NCBI RefSeq assembly: GCF_009834535.1
Contig: NC_045704.1
Coordinates: forward strand, 60,078,001-60,142,000
DNA: 64,000 bases
Direction: 5' to 3'
Source of the DNA: Camelus ferus
Taxonomy: Eukaryota
Shown here: positions 48,472 to 59,800 of the stretch, in pieces
Numbering within the stretch: position 1 is the first letter of the stretch
Layout: each line of letters starts with the position of its first letter
Notes under the pieces: generated by a model
The model's input: only the letters and a program-made list of their open reading frames with translations
Told to the model about the DNA's origin: nothing
Databases searched by the model: none
Translations under genes and position numbers: made by a program

Positions 48472-50565
48472 GTAAAATACCTAGGAATAAACCTACCTAA
48501 GGAGACAAAGAAACTGTACTCCAAAGAGTATAAGACACTGATGAAAGAAGTCGAAGACAATACAACAGATGGCAAGATATACCATGTTCTTGGAATGGAA
48601 GAATCAATATTGTCAAAATGGCCATACTACCCAAGGCAATATACAGATTCAATGCAAACCCTATAAAATTACTAATGATACTTTTCACAGAACTGGAACA
48701 AAAATTTTTAAAATTCGTATGGAAATACAAAAGAGCCTGAATAGCCAAAATAACCTTAGAAAGAATGGAGCTGGAGGAATCTGGCTCCCTGTCTTCAGAC
48801 TATACTATAAAGCTACAGTAATCAAAACAGTGTGGTACTGGCACAAAAACAGACACATAAATCAATGGAACAGGGTAGAAAGTCTGGAAATAAACCCATG
48901 CACTTATGGTCAATTAATTTATGACAAAGGAGGCCAGACTATACAATGGAGAAAAAGTCTCTTCAATAAGTTGTGCTGGAAAAACTTGGCAGCTACTTGT
49001 AAAAGAATGAAATTAGAATATTCTCTAACACTATACATAAAAATAAACTCAAAATGAACAAGTTTATACTGTATAACACAGGTAACTATATTCAATATCT
49101 TGTAGTAACTTACAGTGAAAAAGAATATGAAAACAAATATATGTATGTTCATATATGACTGAAGCATTATGCTGTACACCAGAAATTGACACAACATTGT
49201 AAACTGACTATACTTCAGTAAATGTATATATATATATATATATACAAAAAAAAAAACCAAAAACAACCTCAATGTTTTGTGTGCCCCATACCTCAAGATG
49301 GATTAAAGACCTAAATGTAAGACCAGATACTATAAAACTCCTAGAGGAAAACAGGCAGAACACTCTTTGACATAAATTGCTGCAATATTTTTTTTCGAAT
49401 CAGCTCCTAGAGTAATGGAAATAATAGCAAAAATAAGCAAGTGGGACCTAATTAAACTTAAAAGCTTTTGCACAGCAAAGGAAGCCATAAACAAAATGAA
49501 AAGACAACCTATGGAATGGGAGAAAAAGATTTGCAAATGACATGACAAACAAGGGACTGATTTCCAAAATATACAGTTCACAGAGCTTAATATCAAAAAA
49601 ACAAACAACCCAATCTGCGCAAAAGACATAAACAGACATTTCTCCAGACAAGACACCCAGATGGCCAACAGGCACATGAAAAGATGCTCAATATGGCTAA
49701 CTATTAGAGAAATGCAAGTCAAAACTACAATGAGGTATCACTTCACACCAGTCAGGATGGCCATCGTTAAAAAGTCTACTAATAATAAATGCTGCAGGGG
49801 GTGTGGAGAAGAAGGAACAGTTCCATACCGTTGGTGGGAATGCAAATTGGTGCAGCCACTATGGAAAACAGTATGGAAATTACTTAAAAAACTAAAAATA
49901 GACTTACCATATGATTCTGGTATATACCATATACCACTCCTGGGTATATATCTGGAGAAAGCTATAATTCAAAAAGATACATGCACCCCAATGTTCATAG
50001 CAGCATTATTTACAACAGCCAAGACATGGAAACAACCTAAAGAACCATCAACAGACAACTGGATAAAGAAGTTATGGTATATATATACAATGGGATATTA
50101 CTCAGCCATAAAAAGGAAAGAAATGATGCCATTTGCAGCAACATGGATGGACCTAGAGATTATCATATTAAATGAAGTAAGTCAGACAGAGAAAGGCAAA
50201 TATCATGATATCACTTATCTATGGAATCTAGAAAAAAAATACAAATTCTATTTACAAACCAAAAACAGACTCATGGACACAGGAGACAAACTATGGTTGC
50301 CAAAGGGGAAAGGGAAGGGGAGGAATAAATTAGGAGTTTAGGATTAACAGACACACATTACTATATATAAAATAGATAAACAATGAGGACTTACTGAGTA
50401 ACACAAGGAACTATATTCAATTTCTTGTAATAACATATAATGGAAAATAATGTGAAGAGAAAAAATATATATGTATGTATATGTACAATTAAATTGCTTT
50501 GCTGTACACCTGAAACTAACGTTGTAAATCAACTACACTTCAATAAAAAATAAAATTTAAAAAAA
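48472..50565 (+). mobile_element. Lineage L1, 5'-truncated (3' part of ORF2, 3'UTR, polyA); disrupted
   Basis: ORF2 fragments [26 protein letters not shown] and [11 protein letters not shown]...[18 protein letters not shown]; frameshifts; nested insert at 49057-49291. Confidence 0.95.
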
Positions 50566-50579
50566 GTTACTAGATGTGC

Positions 50580-53465
50580 CCCAAACAAGAAAACAACTCA
50601 TAATGAAGAGAAAAGTCAGTCAACAGAAGTGGATCTAGAAATAACAAAGATGGAATTAGCAAACAAGGACCTTAAAACAACCAGTATAACTATGTTTAAG
50701 GAATTAGCGGAAAACATGAACACAATGAAGAGGTAACTGGAAATTATAAAATAAAAATAAATAAATCTTCTAGAGCTTAAAAACACAAAGACCCAATACC
50801 TGAAATAAAAAAAAAAAACATTATGCAGGCTTAGTATGAGATTGCATATTACAGAAGAAAAGATCAGTGAACTTGAAGAAAGAAAACAGAAAATATCCAA
50901 ATTAAAGCACATAGGGAGAAAAAAACTGAAAAAACAAATCAACAGAAAAACACAAAAACAAATATCAGTACTGAAACAGAGGACATCATTACAAATCTTA
51001 CAGATATTTAAAAAACAGCAAGAGAATATTATGAACCACTTTATGCCAATAAATGCAATAACCTAGTTAAAATGCACAATTTCTTCAAAAACTCAAATAA
51101 CTAAAACAGACACAAGAAAAAATAGGAAAGCTAAATGGACCTATATATATTTTAAAAGTGGATTCAAAATTTAAAATCTTTTGACAAAGCCAACTTCAGG
51201 CCTAGGTGGATTAAATAATGATTTCTATCAAAACTCGAAGAAAAAATACAAGTCTTAAACAAAATCTTTCAGAAAATAAAGGAACACTTCTCAACTCATT
51301 TTATGAGGTCACCATTACTCTGATACCAAAACCAGACAAAGACTTCAAACAAAATTACAGACCAACATCCCTCATGAACATAGACTTAATCCTTAAAATA
51401 GTAGCAAAAAAAATCCAGGAATATAAATTAAATGATAATACATTATGACTGAATGGGTTAATTAACCTTTGAAAATCAATCAATATAATTTACCACATTA
51501 ACAGAATAAAGGTGAAAAATCATGTAATCATTCAAATCAATGTAGAAAAATCATGTGATAAAATTCAATGCCCAGTTGCAATTAAAAAAAAATCCTTCAG
51601 CAAACTAGGAATTAAAGAACTACCCCAACCTAATAAAGGATCTACCACAAACCTGAGCAAACACTACAATTTAATACTGAAAGACACTACTTTCCCAGTA
51701 ATAATGAGATCAGGGCAGAATGTTTACCCTCTTCTGCTCATCCCTGTGTAGGAGTCCCAGCCAGTGAAGGAGCACACGAAAAAATAAACAAGTAAGACAT
51801 GAAACAAGAAACAAAGACCTACAGACTGAGAAAAACAAAAGTTAAACTTTTTTATTCACAGAGGACATAATTGTGTACCTGAAAAAAATACTAACAGATC
51901 TGCAAAAAATCTCCCACACGAATAAATGAGTTTGTGTGGTTGTAGAATACACGATCAGTATACAAAATAAATTGAACGTATTTTTGTATGCTAGCAACAA
52001 ACGTGGAAAATAAAATTTTATATAGGATTTTCAATAGCACCAAAAATATAAAATATTTAAGAATGAATTTAATCAAGCATGTGTAGGACCTGCTCATTAA
52101 AACCTACAAAAAACTGTTCTCAGCACAGCAGGGGCAGCAAAAACACTAGCAGCCTGGCTCTGAGTCCCCCATCTGGTTCCCACAACTTACCTCCCAGCAC
52201 CTCAGAAGTACCCAGGGCTGCGTGACCTCAGGCTCTGGGAACAACTCCTGGCGTCACTACCTGTGAATGCCCCCAGCTCCCCCATGCCCAGCTTCAGCGA
52301 GGCCAAGGCAGCTGGCGCCCTGCTCAACAGACCAGCATCCAGCACCGCCCTGGGGATGAAGGCCCAAGTCTCTGAGCTCTTTGAAGTCCATGGAAGAGCC
52401 AGCAGCCTTCAGCACTGAGGACGCCGTGCCAGGGCTGCACCTGACTGAGCAGCACCGTGGCCGTTACATCATCCCATCGGCCCCGCATCCCCTGCAGCTG
52501 TCGGAGCTGAACATGCTGCTGTCGCTGGGTGTATGGGTGTGTGTTCTCTGGGGTCTGTGGCCCTCACCAAGGAGAGCTCTACCAGCAGGCCATGGAAGGG
52601 GCCTCCTGGCGTCACCTGCCCCACCCCTCAGACTCCATGCACATGCAGCAGTACCTCCCCAGGAGCCCCCGTCTGAATCCCCTGTCACCAGCACATGCTG
52701 CCTCGGCACCCGGACAACAGAGTTGTACCAGCGCCTGTGGCTGGAGACGCTCTGCTTCCTCCTCTTCTATCCAGAGGGCACTAAGGCACAGTAACTGGCA
52801 GCCAAAGCCCTTAAGAAGTGGTGGCAATTCCACACCAAATACATGCTGTGGTTCCAGGGGCATGAGGAGCCCAAGACAATCACAGAGGAGTTCAGGTAGG
52901 GCACCTGCATCTATTTGGACAAGAAGTGGGGACTGAAAAATAAGGAAGGCTTCACCTCTGAGTACCCAGGCCCCTCCCTGCCACACCCATCCTTCTGCCC
53001 AGGTCGGGTCCCTGCCCTGGAAGACTGAGGGGTGGCCCCAGGCCATGGGACATCCCCCTCCCTTGGAAAGCAGGGAGGGCCCTGAAGTTTTCCCATCCTG
53101 ATGGCCCAGGGCCCAGGGCTGCCCCGCGCCCCCTCCCCAGTGAGAGACCTTTTTTTGTAAACTTATTTTCATTGTGGAAAATATTTATGAATAAAAACAT
53201 TTATATTAAAAAACAGGAAAGATATACCATGATTGTGAATTGGAAGACTTAGTATCGTTAAGTTGTCAGTGCTCCGCAAATTGATTCAATACGATCCTCA
53301 TCAAAATCTGAGCAGATTTTTTTAGCAATTGTTATCCTAAACCTAAAATTTATATGGAAATGCAAAGAACCTGTATTAGCCAAGACAACTTTGAAGAAGA
53401 AATTCAAAATTGGAAGACTTAAACTACCTGATTCCAAGACTTGTTTTAAAGCTGTAGTAATCAAG
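50580..53465 (+). mobile_element. Older L1 (L1M) ORF1/ORF2 remnant split by the CNOT3 retrocopy
   Basis: NSFYEVTITLIPKPDKD and NYRPTSLMNID (ORF2). ORF2 resumes after 53213 with gaaagatataccatg...ggaagacttagtatcgttaag. Confidence 0.85.
52117..53213 (+). pseudogene. CNOT3: Processed, 5'-truncated CNOT3 pseudogene (C-terminal/NOT-box region plus 3'UTR)
   Basis: Translations such as [65 protein letters not shown] and [22 protein letters not shown] match CNOT3. No introns. Stops at 52792-52794 and 52897-52899, at least two frameshifts, AATAAA at 53190-53195 followed by a short A run. Confidence 0.92.
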
Positions 53466-53586
53466 ATGTATTCTGTGGCTGCTTTCTCACTATAATGACA
53501 AAGTTGAGTAGTTGCGACCCGGATCAATTGGCCCACAAAGCCTAAAAGTTTACCATCTGGCCTTTGCAGAGTTTTCTGACCCCTGT
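53465..53586 (-). mobile_element. MER58 fragment
   Basis: gtggctgctttctcactataatgacaaagttgagtagttgcgac ... ctggcctttgcagag...ctgacccctg. Confidence 0.75.
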
Positions 53587-54714
53587 GATAAACGATGCTT
53601 ATGTATGAGACATACTCTTATGTACAATTTCTGGCCCAATATATATTATTCCACCACTTTCTCTGCTACTCATTATAGCATATTAGAATGCAGGTTAGTG
53701 AACATAATTTTAGAAATAATATTTAATCCCATCTAATATATTTAAAAATACAAATTATTCATAAATTATGACACGTATAATTAATAGTAGATTGTTTGCA
53801 ATATCCCTTACAACAGCTCACAAAGTCATGGATAAAAACTGCCCCTACCAGGCTGAAAATAATTGCACGTTAGATTTGTATTGTGTGTAAATATGCTAAT
53901 TAGGCATAGTACTATTAGGCACGTTATAAAATTTATAAATGAAGAGGCCGACTGGCAAATGCATCTGTTAGAGCCTGCTACAGGTGTTTAGGAAAAGCAG
54001 ACCAATGAGACAGCGGGGTGAATAGGTACAAACTGGCGATGGATTGGGTGTAGGTAGCGAAGACAAGTATTGAAAAAAGTAATTCCGAGGGTTCTTGTGA
54101 GTCTGGGTTTTTAGACGTAGTTGCTTTTGACCTCGTGGGAAAATTGTGAAGAAATATTTATTTAGATGTCAAGAGCAGAAAGGCTATGAGTTCAAATTGC
54201 AACTGCTTAAAGCAATGCGTTTCAGATGATTGAATTCACCAGGTCATCTTGCTGGAACGTAGCTTGATGCAGCAGTGTTGGGACAAGTAAGTGCCAAGTT
54301 CCTGCAGTTCCAAGAAGTTTTCAGGTGGCTCGGACACGGCTGATTCAGGGACCCCGCTTTGAACTAATAGAGACTCAAACGTCGATTTCTTCTGGAAGAT
54401 CAGGGGAAGGTTGTGACAGGGCGTGGTTTTTATGCAAGAAAGGAAGGTGTCTATTGGTCTCCTCTAGAGGCAAGCTTGCAAAGGGCCTGCAATCTTGAGG
54501 GGATCTTTAATGTAGAGAAGAGGAGGATCCAGGGAAATCAATGAGAAAAAAAAAAAAAGAGCTGTCAGGAAAAAAAAAAAAAAGGAGAACCAGGAGAATT
54601 TATAGTCATTAAGGAATCCTATGGAATACTGAGTTTCAAGGAGGAGGTCAGTGGAATTCCAGTACGTAATTCATTTATCACAGTATCTTCCCTGCCCCTT
54701 TTCCAGTTGCCTCT

Positions 54715-55225
54715 TGGCTGTAGTAGATGGTTATTAGATTGTCTGTCCAAAGCCTACCCATTCCTTTTGCTGGAAAGGTCTCTCCTTGTCAACACGAGGC
54801 CCATGTGAACTGCCATGTTTTTATTTTATATTGCCCCATGCCCCCTCCCACAGTGGATTAGTCCAGGTGTGAACACCTGATCCCAGGCGGGCCAATCATA
54901 GTTCTTCCCTGGAATAACTTGAAATAAGATTTGATCGTGGCAAAATTGTTGGGCACAGAATAGTTTCTACAGTGGTCAGAGGTGTTAGGTACAGAATCTG
55001 GTAGTTGTCGCAGCCGTGTTAGACACAGCACAGAGAAACATCGCAGACAGGTGATGGAGGAGAGCCCTGGCAGTGTGCCAGCCATGCCGGCTGTTCCCAG
55101 GCCCAGCTCCAGCCCTCCTTTCCCATAATTTGGCTCTTCGCACTCCCTTCTGTAACCCAGAAAATTCCCCTGTTGCCTCAGATGGTCTGAGTCAGTTGCA
55201 GCAGAATTCTGACTAAGGCCCAGCA
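54715..55225. mobile_element. MLT1-type LTR relic
   Basis: ggctgtagtagatgg ... cctgatcccaggcgggccaatcatagttctt ... agatggtctgagtcagttgca. Confidence 0.55.
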
Positions 55226-55837
55226 AACCTTTCCCCAGCACATTTCCTCATGTTCTTCCTCCCTGGGGCCTCTGCACCCTATTGACTGTCACTTTCCCCA
55301 GGTGCTTCCCCAGGATGACACCAGGCCAGAAGCAGCTGCTGGACAAGGACCATAAACCCCAGCGCTGGGCTCGGTGGATGTTACTGTGTCACTGAGCACC
55401 AGTGTACTGAATCCACGTGTTCATGGCAACAGCCAGAAGAGCCCACAAAAGGCTCGTCTTCAACACACTGGAGCCTCTCCTGGCAGATTGCTAAGGCCCT
55501 GGGGCAGAGCTTAATGTGCATGACTATTTGCGATGCGCAATTTCCTTTTCACCTCATTTCGACTAAATTAAATTCATTTTGGAATTCTCAAAGCTATTGC
55601 CTATTGACTTCTACCCACCCTCTCCTTACTTCATGTTCTAGGTACACTTTCCCCAAAACTGAAAGCCACTCCCATCTCTAGTTTCCTGCGTGCCTCAGAT
55701 CCCTGGGGAGGTTCTATCCCTCCACAGTTTGTTAGGGTTCATGGAGTAAGTTAACTCCTCACTGCTGGGAAAATAAAATAAATAAAATAAAACCAAACCT
55801 GCTGTTCTGCAAAAAGACAAATATCGTTAGTACTTCC

Positions 55838-56295
55838 NNNNNNNNNNNNNNNNNNNNNNNNNNNNNNNNNNNNNNNNNNNNNNNNNNNNNNNNNNNNNNN
55901 NNNNNNNNNNNNNNNNNNNNNNNNNNNNNNNNNNNNNNNNNNNNNNNNNNNNNNNNNNNNNNNNNNNNNNNNNNNNNNNNNNNNNNNNNNNNNNNNNNNN
56001 NNNNNNNNNNNNNNNNNNNNNNNNNNNNNNNNNNNNNNNNNNNNNNNNNNNNNNNNNNNNNNNNNNNNNNNNNNNNNNNNNNNNNNNNNNNNNNNNNNNN
56101 NNNNNNNNNNNNNNNNNNNNNNNNNNNNNNNNNNNNNNNNNNNNNNNNNNNNNNNNNNNNNNNNNNNNNNNNNNNNNNNNNNNNNNNNNNNNNNNNNNNN
56201 NNNNNNNNNNNNNNNNNNNNNNNNNNNNNNNNNNNNNNNNNNNNNNNNNNNNNNNNNNNNNNNNNNNNNNNNNNNNNNNNNNNNNNNNNNNNNNN
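55838..56295. other. Assembly gap (458 N)
   Basis: N run. Confidence 1.
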
Positions 56296-58989
56296 CAAGA
56301 AGCGCACCTCCCAACACCCCTCCTGCAGGCAGAAACGCTGGCATTCGTAAGCTGTCACTCTGAGGAAGACAGCAGCTGTGTTATTCTATGATTTATAGAA
56401 CAGATTTGCATTTCCTTGCTTTTGAAGCTTGCCTATAATCTGCCACATAAATATTTGAAAGACAGGATGGTGGAAACAGACCTAAGCAGCTTAATCGAAC
56501 ACTTGGCAGGTAGAGGACTTGGGCTGGTGTTCATTTCCAACGCCCCCATGCCCCGGGGCCTCTTGGTGTGTGTGTACAAAATTGAAATTCAGTGTTTAAA
56601 CCCAATCCTACAGTCAAAAATCCCACTTGAAGGAAAAGCCAGAAGAATGCCCGTTGGAAAACAGGTTTCATCTCACGTCTGGTCTCTTGGGCCAGAAGCC
56701 TGTTTGGCTTCCTTAAACTCTGCTCCAGGAAGCGGGGAACGCAGAGTGGAAGCATCTCAGCCACGCTAGGAGGCCCACAGGTGCAAAGTGGGTGCTCTGA
56801 GCTCCCCCCCACAGCAGCCTTGTACTCATGAAGAGGCGGCTTCCCCAGGGAGTAGGATCAATCACCCCAAGACTAATCAAGGCTTTGGCTGTGTAGGGAA
56901 CCAGAATTCCCCAGCCCGGGAGCAGGGAAGCCTCAGAATTTCCATGCCTTCTCCCCCAGGCAGGCTCTTCCAAAATAGGGTACAGAGCACAGTTTCTAGA
57001 TTTATTATAGGTTCCTATTAGGTGGCTAGAGTCAGAAGCTCTAAGTCCTGTGGTAATAAACAATAATTGTAATTTGTTTAACTAATTGTTAGAGCAGAAA
57101 ATATACACTTTTCTTTTCACAGGAATCCTATTAATACTACAGAATAAGTAGAAAGCAGGAAATTGTGCCCTAATCTGGTTCAATAAATATGTGTGGGTGC
57201 TCCTATGTGTACTAGAAGAAGGAACATCAAAGGTGGTCTCCATCCTCAAGATAGACAGCAGTGCCACTTGTGGCTGGGCCCCTTATCAGTTGTCATACGA
57301 GGGTGGAGGAGGGGTGAAGGAGGAGGCGCTCCAAGCTAAAAGGGCTTTTGTAAAACTCTGCGTGGGAGAGGGCGGAAGATCCAGTAAACAGAGAGTCAGA
57401 CTGAAAGTCAGGAGACCTGGTTAGCCCCATCCCGCCATGAGTTCTGTCCTGAGTCCCATGTCCTGAGTCCAGCCACTTCCCCTCTCTAGACCTCTGTGGG
57501 CTCATCTGCAGAATGAGGCCACTGATCCCAGGAGCCCCCACCCTCCCCTTGCTGTTAACATTCTAGAGCAGGCTGGACTAGGGGCAAGATTCAGATATGT
57601 CTGGATGGTGGACTGACATCTCCCCCACTTCCCACCCGGATTTCCGGAGCTCTACAGAAAGAACCCCACTGTATTGACCACTGGGGTTGTCTGTAGACTT
57701 GGCACAGAGAGAGGAAGGAGGCGGGGGAACTGGTGACAAAAGCCAAATGTGCAGGTCCTAGGAGACGGCTGAACCTCAAGGAGAAAGGAGCCTGGCAGAC
57801 TGAGCAGCACAAGTCAGGAGGAAGCGGTGGTCCTGGGGCTAGCGTGGGAGCCAGCAGACAGCTGGGGTGTCTCATGAGCCTTCCAGGCCCCGGTGCCCAG
57901 TGACCCTGTCCTAGGGCCCTGTAGTATTGTCACACTGGGGGCAGGGAGCTGTTCTTATACTCCCAAGCTGACTGCCAAGAGCCAAAGGTCCAGGAAGGTG
58001 AAGCAATCTGCACTGTGGGTGAGACCTCCCCCGGACTCCCAGAGAAGCTATGGGTAGGAGACACACTGAGCAGGTTGGTGTCCTGGGGCAGTGAGCCAGC
58101 GACAGGCCACTGATGTTAACGTGGCCTCATTTGGACACTCTGTGAGCCTACACTAGTTAAGAAGGAAAGCAAGACTTAACATGGATCTGGGGAGGTGGCT
58201 GCCTGGGAGAGGGAGGAAAAGAGACCAGTCTCCCGAGGAAGCCCAGTGAGCACACCTGCTGTTACGGTGGGCAAGGGGGAGGAGGATCTCATGGCTCTCA
58301 GGCCTGGCCGGGCTATGATGGGCATACTGGCTTGAACCTCCCGGGAGAGGCTGTCACTGTAGGCAAGAGGAGGACAGAAAGAGGAAGGACCAGTCTCTGA
58401 GATGGAATGAGATTTGGGGACCCAGTCTATCCATCAGTCCTCACGCCCACCCAGAAAGTGGGCTACGGAAAGGTGGGAGAGAGTCCTACACCAGCAGGCC
58501 CCGCCCCCTCGCATCCCTCAGGGCTGTCAGCGCTGCCCCACCTCCTCGTGAAGGAGGAGCCGCTGGGCCCGCCCTGCCACCATGGGGGAGGTGTGAGGCC
58601 TGTGAGACCACGGGGGAAGCAGAAAGACATACACAGAAGGCAGTTCCATGGTTACCTGGCATCTGCCTGTCCATACCCCCAGGTGGATGCGGCCGAGGTA
58701 ATCCCGGCTACACAAATTAGGCAGAAGCCTTTGACCCCATATGTGGGTCCGTCATCAGAATCATGGTGGCTTTTCCCACATGCTGAGTCTGCAGCTGAGC
58801 CTGTTGTCCTGCGGCCTCAGCAGCTGTGCCTCTGACCTGGGTGGGGCTGCAAGTCTGGGCAGGAGAGGCTTTGGGAAGCCAGAGTTGTTGCCAATGATTT
58901 GTTTCCAGCCTGGGGTGGGAGCCAGGCTGGGTTCCAGGAGCAACGTTTGATCAGTCATTAGGCACCGACTTTGCCCCAGCTCCACAGTC

Positions 58990-59365
58990 AACTCATCCTG
59001 CCTCAGGGCCTTTGCACTTGCTGTCCCTCTCCCTGGAGTACTTTTCCTCCTGATCCTCTCCTGATGTGTGCTCCCTGTTTCATCAAATGTCACCTTCTCA
59101 TAGAGGCCTTCCCTGACCATCCAGGCTAGTGTAGCCCCCGTTCACTCTCTGCTATACTGCCCTGTTTATTTCCTTGTTGACACTTAACGACAATCTAATT
59201 CCCTTGTTTATCTGTTTACATGTTCACCTTCCTGGAATGTTAGTTCCTTTGGGGGAGGGGTCTTTGGTTTCTGGTTCACAACCATCCACGGCTTCCAGCA
59301 CCAGGCCTGGTGCACAGCAGGCACTTAACAAGTATCTGGTGAATGAATAAAGGAACGAATGAATG
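58990..59365 (+). mobile_element. L2 LINE 3' end
   Basis: cagggcctttgcacttgctgtccc ... aaatgtcaccttctcatagaggccttccctgacc ... gtgaatgaataaaggaacgaatgaatgaa. Confidence 0.82.
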
Positions 59366-59371
59366 AACACC

Positions 59372-59800
59372 ACTGCAGCCAGCTCTGTGGCGGGTTATCC
59401 CTGATAACCTTACCCCCGGGCTTCTCCCCTCTTAACAGAACCTCAGTTCTGTTTGGCAGCCCGTCCTGCTCACTAGTTTCACTGAGCTGTTACAGTGTCC
59501 CTTTCCGCATGCTAGTTACTCACTTCAGAAAAGACTCGTGAGGTGACTCTGGCCAGAACCATGAGCAGAAGTCTACTGAGTGGCGATTGGAAGTTCTAAA
59601 AGAGGTTTTCCCTTCATAAAAAGAGAAACAGATACAGCCATTTGATCTGGATGCAACGCCTGGTGTCGCTGAAGAATCTGGGTCCTCGGTGACATCACTG
59701 AAGGGCAGTACTTCTTGTTCTCGGGCGTAATTAATGCTCTCATTTTTAAGCCATTGTGAGCAGCAGCTTTTGTGAATTGCTGCCAAAGGCTTTTGAGCCA
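59372..59800. mobile_element. MLT1-type LTR relic
   Basis: gtgactctggccagaaccatgagcagaagtc ... ttttaagccattgtgagcag. Confidence 0.55.

Noticed and set aside
48472-50565. Potentially active L1
   Set aside because: 5'-truncated with no promoter, ORF1 or endonuclease domain; frameshifted and interrupted.
52108-53216. aaaaaactg / aaaaaacag as the TSD of the CNOT3 retrocopy
   Set aside because: The right-hand copy is explained equally well as the L1's own sequence preceding gaaagatatacc, so a TSD cannot be claimed.
55751-56358. ORFs spanning N runs (also 34567-34869)
   Set aside because: Artefacts of translating assembly gaps.
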